DNA from: Balanoglossus misakiensis
Taxonomy: Eukaryota > Animalia > Hemichordata
DNA: 64,000 nucleotides
Direction: 5' to 3'
Assembly (NCBI GenBank): GCA_040954595.2
Contig: CM082576.2
Coordinates: 7,939,129-8,003,128 of the forward strand
Below, piece by piece: positions 55,601 to 64,000 of the stretch; position 1 is the first letter of the stretch, and each line of letters opens with the position of its first letter. A model generated the notes under the pieces. That model worked only from the letters and a program-made list of their open reading frames with translations. It was not told the DNA's origin and searched no databases. Both the position numbers and the translations under genes were made by a program.

Positions 55601-58600
55601 GTACATGTATGAGATGCTGACACACAGACATATGGTGATACATGTACCTGTACAAATCGTGTCCCATTTTCTGTGACAGTCGCATCCATGAAGAGAAGAT
55701 ATTCACCCCCAGTTCCCTCTTTAGGTCCAACCTTACCATAGAAAGCAATGTTAATTATGCTTTCTGAACCATGCCAAACCTATTGCAATACCGTAGTTGT
55801 GAAACAAATTTCGTGATGATCACTGACACTTCTCATAATGTTTTCATGGTTTTAAACTGTGAGAAATTTACACTGTCAGGAAGTATTGAATGTTCTGCCA
55901 TCTTTCAGTGGGAGTGGAAGATAGACGAGACAGTCTTTCATGGAAAGGTTAAGTGACAAAACGTTTATAAACTGAAGTTCTTGACTCAACTCTTTTCTTC
56001 TCTTTATTTTCAGGCAATTCATGATTTTAAAACTCGAGCTGACCTCCTTAACCTTAAAGGTGGGTATTTACATTCAATCAGACATAGCATTTTGTCATGT
56101 GGATTTCCATGACTTGTCAGTTTCAGATTTGTCATTTAGTCTTCTTCCTGGCCATAACAACAGTGTGTACAAAAGAAGTACCGTAATTATTCAAGTGCAG
56201 GTGAAGTTAGTTCCCTACACTCCCGTAACTTCATCATCAGTCAAAGGTCTTCTTTTTACACAGTGGCTACACCCCATTGATTTCGATTTCCACCTGTCCT
56301 CCTGTAGTCACATTGTAATTATGCAACTTTGTTGGGTAATGCGAAATCCAATCTCTCATGCGTATATCTCTGTAGGTGAACGACTGGATTTCAGACAGTG
56401 TGAAGCTTTAGAAGATGTCTTCAAGAGGGTGCAGTTTAAAGTTATTGACCTTGAAAATACCAATCTGGAAGATGAGGCAAGTCTTAACTTTGAGTTTGAA
56501 ATCACTGTAAATAGAAAAGGAAGCAAAAATAAACAAAATAGCTACATTATAAAAACTCGTCTTAAAAACAAAAATTAGATTAATAAGACAAAAAAAATTA
56601 GTTTTCAGTTTTCTCTGCCAGTTTGTGGCAGTGTAGGACAGATGAAGGCACCAGCAAATGTCAGCTGTGAAAATTGAAAAATCCACACTGTGTGGGTGAC
56701 CGGTATTTCATCAAATCAAAACTATTAGGGCGAGAGCACACCGGTGAAATTAATATTATAAATATTCTGTACCAGTTTTGAGATCAAGAAGGCCAAGCAG
56801 TAGAGGCAGATTAGTATTCCGTTTCAATGCGAGGTCATTTGCGGTTCTAATCAACCAACCCGCTTGTTTAAGCTTACTTGTGTTACAGAGGTTGTTGGAA
56901 CAGAATTAAGTAGGGATTTCGGTTTCAGAGTTAATCTTCCAACCATGCTGTGTTGGCCTTAAAATCTCAAAGTAGAAGAAGCCATCGACCTTTTGAGCTT
57001 AAAGCTGAACACTGCAAAAGTTCACGGAAAATGTCACGTTCTGAAGAAGCTTTAAGGATGTATGATTGGTAGAGTTGAAAACATTGCCATTTCTTTTAAT
57101 TGCTGATTTTTCAAATCTATTTTGTAGTTCATATCAAAATAAATTAACGCTTTCATTACAGAGTACCACCGCCCTGGTTGATATGTTTGAATTCTATGAA
57201 TCTGCGGAGAAGCTTATCCTCGCATCAAATAGGAGTATTGGACCGAGGGGTTGGCAGGCGACTGCCAGATACTTGAAAAAGGTAAGTCTTCTGTGTGACT
57301 TATCTTCTACAAAGAACTCTTCAGCAGGCTACTGACAAAATACATCCCATAGAAGTCTGTGATTAACACAAAACATTTTTTCACCCATTTGTTTCCTGCG
57401 CAGACTGACTCACTGGAGTGCCTTGATGCCAGAAACTGCACAGTCACAGACTTATCAATGCCAGTGCTGGCCAGATCGCTGCGGGTGGGATCCACCGTTA
57501 CAGCATTGCACTTGGAGAACTGCAACCTTGCCGGCAGATCACTGTTCGTGTTAGGTAAGCAGACCCTGTAGAAAAATTCATCAATGTACATGTAGGAAGA
57601 TGTGTTCTCAATTCTTTAAGAGAAGCAGTGTAGACCTGGTAATGAAAATAGGGTTAACCCTTTCACTTTACTCTTACTTGAAATTGTCCCTTAGAATTTG
57701 ACATCCTGACTGATGAATTATCTGTCTCGCCCCCAACAGCATCTTCACTAAAGTTCAACCAGACGCTCAAAGACCTGTTCCTGGCTGACAACAGACTCAT
57801 GCCATCAGACGCCATACAAATAGCTACAATGCTGAAGTTCAACTGGTCTCTGAAATTGATCGATCTCAGGAACAACCACATCCAGGTCAGAGAGAGAGAA
57901 CCAGATCATTGTCACCCAAAAGTCATAGAGAATCTAGAATTTAAAAAGATCTTTTATCATCAAATTACTCTTTGAAAATCCTGCAAGATCATGAAGTATT
58001 GAGTAACTTTGGACATGCCGCATATGGACCCTGTGTGCAACATATGTTCCAAATATATCCAAATTGTGTCCATAGCTTGATTTCATCTTGTCTTAACTGC
58101 AGAATGTGGGTCTTGCTCATATATGCGATGGGTTGGTCGAACAGAAGGATGACGGACTGTCCACGCTTGTACTGTGGAATAATGGAATTACGCACGTTGC
58201 CATGAATGAACTCGGAAGGGCGCTGGTAAGTCTACACATTTTTTTTGTGAATGTTTGGGCAGTAAGTGGGAGAAAATATACAATGTGGAAGTTTCCTCTG
58301 CAGTGAGGATAAACAAGTTTCTGTGTGGTAGCATAGTCACCAGTGCAGAGGCATTTTCTATCTATAACAAGATATTTTCCTCTTGTGTACATATACTGAA
58401 CTGAACAGTGTTGCTGTGTTCTTTTTTTTTACAAACAGGGCGACTGCCATTTCTTGGACACCTTGAATTTGGGTCACAACACGCTCACCAACGAAGGTGT
58501 CCTTGTCTTGAAGGACGGGCTGCTGAAGAATAACTCCATCTTGAGACTGGGACTTGTGAATACCAAGATCACCTGTGAAGGTATGGTTGGGATGATTACC

Positions 58601-61094
58601 AACGGTACATCTTAACTAAACCCCAAAGCATCATTCCCCTAAAGTTTCCGAGAAATGGCTCTGTATCGACAACACCCTTTGTTGACAGCCAGTGGTTTGT
58701 GTCTTGTAGGTGCCATAGCACTTGCTGAATACTTGGCGGACAGCAGTCGTGTTCTTCGCATTGACATCAGGGAGAATGAGATCAGAACTGGAGGTCTAAT
58801 GGCGCTGACTCTGTCTCTCAAAGTCAACAGAAGTCTTCTTCGGTTGGACGTTGACGTCAAGAAAGAGCCAGTAAGGGTATATTTCCAGTACATCATTTCT
58901 CATAATCCACAGTGCACATGTTTTTTTCTTCAGCTGTGCTATCTATTACTGCACAGAACTCAGACTAGCAAGGCTAATGTCTCAGACTAGCAAAACTAAT
59001 GTCCCTGATGCTAGTATAATATGTCACCATCATTGTACGGTAATTTTTTTTTTATCTCCCAAAGGAATTGGAAGAGCTGCAGAAAACCCTGCAAGATGAA
59101 ATGAGCAACTACTGCAAGCGGAACCGAGAAATTGCCAAGGATGAAAACTTCAAGAGACAGGTGATCGAGGCGCAGAAAGCCGTGGAGAGAAAGACGTTGC
59201 ACCGGTCTCACGAAGACATCCACGACGGGAAAGGCGGCGCGGCCCAGGCGTCCGGAGACAGCCCCGCAGTCGCGTCCTCGGGAAGCGGGGGTGCAGACGA
59301 AAGTGTGGCGGGAGACGGGACCAAAGAAAGTGTTGGCAGCCAGGGAGACGGCAGTCCGGCTGCTTCAGCGCAGCACGCAGCCGGGAGAGAGACTCCACAG
59401 GAGCCAGTCGGCAGCGGAGAGGCAGGTGCCTTAGCAATAAACAGTACTGATGCTCCCACGCCAGGTTCGAAACTCGAGTCTTCCAGTTTAGTTAGTGCAA
59501 ATGTTGGGGCAGCTGGACTGCCGCATGAACCCGGTGTGGCAGAAACGGGACCGTCCCACGCGGATTCCGGAGGGATAAGTCAGAGCCCCGCCGCAAGTCA
59601 GGAATCAGGAATGTCGCCGGGAACAGGTTCAGTCAGTGATGATGCACGTCAAGGAGATGTATCGTCCACAGACGATCACCCAGCAGTGGTCAATCAGACC
59701 AAAGCCAACACCTCGTCGTCGCCAAATGAAACCAAATCGGACCAAACAGCACCAGGTGTGCCGCGTTCTGAGCACATAGACTCGGCGATCGGCCACCGAC
59801 AAGCGCCAGCGGACAGGCTTGCCGGCGGAGATGGCGACAACTCCAATGGCAGCAGAGCAGTCCCACACACCGGCATCTCCAGCGATGCCCCGGTGCCCAA
59901 CGGATTGTTGCAGGAATTCAAAGGCAACGAGTCGGGCGGATCACTGATCCTGGAAACTGGGAAAGCACAGAAGGCAGTCTCTGACGAAGACCTTCCAGGT
60001 GATTAGTTGTCTGTGATGTTTTCCTTTCCGTTGTCTTTCCTTCTGTTGCCTGGTTTTGCACCTCTGCATGTAAATTTAAATTTGCACTTTGGAGTTCAGT
60101 TGCATCATGGGGGGGGGGGGTGACAAAGGTATAATAAGCATAGATTTCATTTTGCAGTGTGTAACTGTGCACCCAACCTATCCATATTATTGGCTACTTT
60201 TTTTCTCTCTCCGTGTACTGAATATTAAGCGTTTCTCCTTGATCACATCAAACAGTGCATGATTGCCTGTTGATATAAACTGTTTTGAGTATTCAGTGTT
60301 GTCTTTGTACATTGTGGCAATTTTGTGGTTTTTGTGTTCCGTCCAGGTTTGGATGAATTTGAACAAGAACTCAACGATATGGTGGCCTCTGTGACTGCTG
60401 CCAGTTTAGACGAAGTCACTCAGTTAGCAAACACAAGTAATGCTGGTTTTTCTGCAAAATTATCATTTCATCCCATTCATTGATTGGAATAAAAACATGC
60501 AGTTTCTTTTTTATGGTTTTAGATTAACATCATCACCAAGCTTGAAATCACCAATTTTGTAAACCAAAAGTAAATGGGGCTTAAGGTTTTTCATTGGAAT
60601 TCTTCATTTTCAGAGAAATGCATATTAACAGCTGTATTTTTTCACAATTTTAGTTCCTCGAATGACAAGAAATTGTACTTACAAAGTGATGCATAACTCC
60701 TAAATCTGGACACTTGCACACATAAATTACGCCAATCTGTAAATATGCAGCAATAAAATAACCCCAAAAAGCAGCTAATGTGCCATGCATTAAAGTTGTT
60801 AATTTCTCATTCATGTAAATCATATCATCTCAACACTTTGTGCTGTGATAATCATAACTCATCAAAAGTTAAATTTGGCTGTGCATTTATTAACCAATTT
60901 TAAAAGTAACTTTGAATAGATGTCAAAAACTGAAATCTGCCATCTTTGAATTCTTATAACGCTGAGATTTTTATCATACACCTAGGTAGCTCAAACCTAT
61001 TTTAAGGTGGTGAGAAGCATGTCGCCTAATATTCATGATGTCAACATCTCTCTCCACAGCTTCTCTTGAGGATGAAGACATATTTGACAACTGA
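49667..61094 (+). CDS. PPP1R37: Protein phosphatase 1 regulatory subunit 37 (LRRC68)-like (~768 aa)
   Basis: Exons 49667-49826, 49923-50020, 56014-56059, 56376-56476 (GC donor), 57162-57281, 57404-57554, 57740-57885, 58103-58225, 58439-58580, 58710-58870, 59065-59998, 60347-60436, 61060-61094. N-terminal RVNF PP1-docking motif; CEALEDVFKRVQFKVIDLE; IGPRGWQA; RI-type LRRs. Alternative in-frame ATG at 49634; alternative stop at 60483 if the last intron is not spliced. Confidence 0.92.
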
Positions 61095-64000
61095 ATTGGC
61101 AGAATCTCAATCTCATTCCGGCCCGAGGAGCCAGCAGATGTGGAAGTCTTCAAAATATAGCAAGCCAATCTATCTGCCAACCATTGTACGCACTCGTATG
61201 AAAGAGACCACTCACGACACAAATGAAAAAAATGCACTAACCCAGAATTGGGTTGTCAAGTCAGATTTGTACGAGTTTCCACTCCAATTTTTCACAAGTT
61301 AAAAAAATGAAGGTTTCTACACCACTGAGTGTACAGACAAAAAAAAAATCATTTTTATCAGACAAGATTCCAGATGTTACCCATCGCTAGTGATGCACTA
61401 CAGAAAAATTACATTTTCAAGTCATGTAGGATTTTCACATTTCTGCACTGGTGTCTGTTATTAGCTTATTTCACCAAGAGCGGTCTTGCTGAACATTGTA
61501 AGCCAACATTTACATGTGAGCGAGTTCAGAGGGCATAGATCAAAGTTTGTAGTTTCATCCCCCCCTCTTTCCCCCATGTTAATATTTATGCTCTTGAGTG
61601 TGATGAACAAGTCATCACAAATTGCAATTTTTTCCAGTTATCAATTAAAGATGGTCCGATTAACTGCCAGAAATGCGTAAACTCACGGTGAGGCTGTGAG
61701 GGTCCCTTGTATGCACAATTCAATTGATGTAAATTTCAGGGTTTGTTTGAGATTTTTGGGTTAAAAAGCAACTTATTTTGTACTTTTTCTCAGTGTACAT
61801 TCATTTGATGTATTTTTACTTTTAGTGTATGGGCTTGGTGTACAAGTGATACATGATCAGACAAGGTGGTTTATGCATTTTCTTGTTGTACATGCACCAA
61901 AATTCTACCAAAGCTATAGCTCTGTCATTTACTTTTTGCATCACATCCATAGAACAAAAACGATCAAAAAATACATCTTTCATGAACTAAAATCAGCACA
62001 AATGTGTAGATTTACTCTCTGTGAACTCGGCTCATTCAACTCTGCTCCCAAACTTGCATCACCAGACAGAAACTGGGTTGCAGTCATGTTTTTTTTTATA
62101 CTATGCATGTGTGCTAGCTTCAATGCAACAAGAAATAAAAACAAAGCAAAAAAATATATTCCCCTTCTAAGGCAGTCAATAATAACATGAACCCTGATAG
62201 CACACGCTGTTGTAATCTCCAGTATTATACAGATGTGAAACTGCTATGGAATTGTTCTGGCATGTTATAACGTGGAACCTCTAGTGGTGGAACACTCTGA
62301 AATAATTTATACGGAGGAAATAAAGTCTTTGAGATTTCCCTCCCTTTACATTGTAAACTTCTGAAGATATACAAATTTGGAACACTCTTTTTCTGCCAGA
62401 TGTACATTTTTAAAGAAAGTTGCCCCTGATGTTATTTAATATTGAGTGTACATTGACTTATGGATTGACTTTCGACCTAGGGGCAACTGTGAGGCAATTA
62501 CGGACAAAATAGAGTTTAAAGGCATGTAATATAAAGCTCCAAATGTGTACTTTTTAAAATATTACTGTAATAATGATAATAAAAACTCTGATTAAAATTA
62601 CCGATTTTATCTCGTTTGTGGTAATTTCTGAAGGTGTGGGTGTGTTGATGCAGAGATAGAAGAACAAAACTATTGTCTGTAGTTGATGCAAAGGGAATGG
62701 TGACCAGACAGCACTGTGATCACCGTGGCAACGTACAGCACACCCAGTGGTGGGATGAAGAAAGGGAAAAGCAGTTCTTGGACTTAGAGGGCAGCGTTGC
62801 ACCAAGTTGACTAACACTGTCAGTGCTGTACAAAAATACCATAACCTACACATATGGTTGTATTAAACATCAAATGAATGAGATTTTTAAAAATAATCAC
62901 AAACATATGTTTGTGTCAGAAATATCTGTCAGTGAGGCATGTTTGCCTGAGTGTAAGTCAATAGCTCTCGCGTGATAGAAATGGAAATAGAATTTTCCTG
63001 TTTGAATCACTGGAGTGATTGCCTTCGTTAGACATTTATACACCAGGCTGACTGAGATATACCAAACACACCTTGACAATTCTACAAATATCTGAAAAAA
63101 GAACCTTTATTCTATCAACTACAATTAGGTACAGTATTTTGAAGCCGAAAATACAGAATTTTTGTCCATTTTTAAAAATATCAAAAACTTCAGATAATAA
63201 TTCTTATTTATATACCTTTGCAGTAAACTACCCACATCCCAAAAGCATCAGTATATTTCAAGCAGTTGTGACAAGTACAGTTACTGGAGAGGGAATTGTC
63301 CAAAGATGGTGGCATGCTGACTACGCTTAAGAAAATTACCGGTACATGTACAACAAGTGTAAAGGTTTTTGGCTTTTGTGTAAGAAGCCATGTTTGAAAT
63401 CTATTGTAACTCTTTATCTTTCTCTCAATGCCAGCGAATAAATTCTAGTTTTAAACTGTTACTACACTACATAATTTTTTAAATACAATATCACAATTAA
63501 CACATCAGTATCTTGGTATGATTGGTTATAGGTATGGGGAATGAGGAATTGGAATAAAATGATCCAGTTCTAGGACAGTTACCCCTGACAGATGCTGCCA
63601 ACATACTGCTTATACAGTGGACACCCGGTAGAGTTAATTGCAGTCCATGATGTCATTCAGATAGTCAAGGTTCCTCACTGGCTAAGTGACATTCAATATA
63701 TTGCAGTAGTCACCATGCAGTAGTAACCATGGACCTCAACAAAGGCCACAGAGGCAAATGGTCCACTGTATGTATCAGGTCAGGTGGCTGTGTCCTGCCA
63801 ATTACATGTAACAGCACATGTGCTTTGGGGACCATTTCTACGAGGGGCGTGTGGCAGTAAGCGGGTTTCCAATCTCTGGGCAAATGTCTTGATCACAGAT
63901 ACACTGTGGGACAGACTGGTGCTGAATCATCTTCCTGGGACTCTCGGACTAAAACATTTCATTATCAATGATTCTTAGGGACCCTCTATATATTCACCCT

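Noticed and set aside
61100-64000. Short ORFs downstream of PPP1R37
   Set aside because: AT-rich 3' UTR or intergenic sequence with several AATAAA sites and no recognisable coding signal.

Overview
Eukaryotic (animal) genomic DNA, AT-rich with many spliceosomal introns. Gene content and style suggest a marine invertebrate, possibly a non-vertebrate deuterostome (inference only). The supplied ORF track is mostly exon fragments or repeat artefacts, so I rebuilt genes by hand from splice sites and frame continuity. In order: a 5-exon orphan gene (~441 aa, +); an inverted-arm element enclosing a GAT satellite; a secreted Pro/Arg/Glu repeat protein (268 aa, +); a repeat-rich, apparently non-coding spliced locus; two tandem HPGD-like dehydrogenases (+); two tandem MCFD2-like EF-hand genes (+); RIOX1/NO66 (-); FANCL (+); a VRK kinase (-); PPP1R37 (+). 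The most unusual structure is at the FANCL 5' end, where a 253-bp segment containing all of coding exon 1 is duplicated (2 mismatches, one in the splice donor) around a 1.75-kb insert carrying a spliced, truncated Cys-rich gene on the opposite strand. Also notable are the FANCL-VRK tail-to-tail pair (as for human FANCL/VRK2), a microsatellite that grew out of a stop codon, and a GC-AG intron. I saw no rRNA, tRNA or CRISPR features. All coordinates were counted by hand and no database searches were run.
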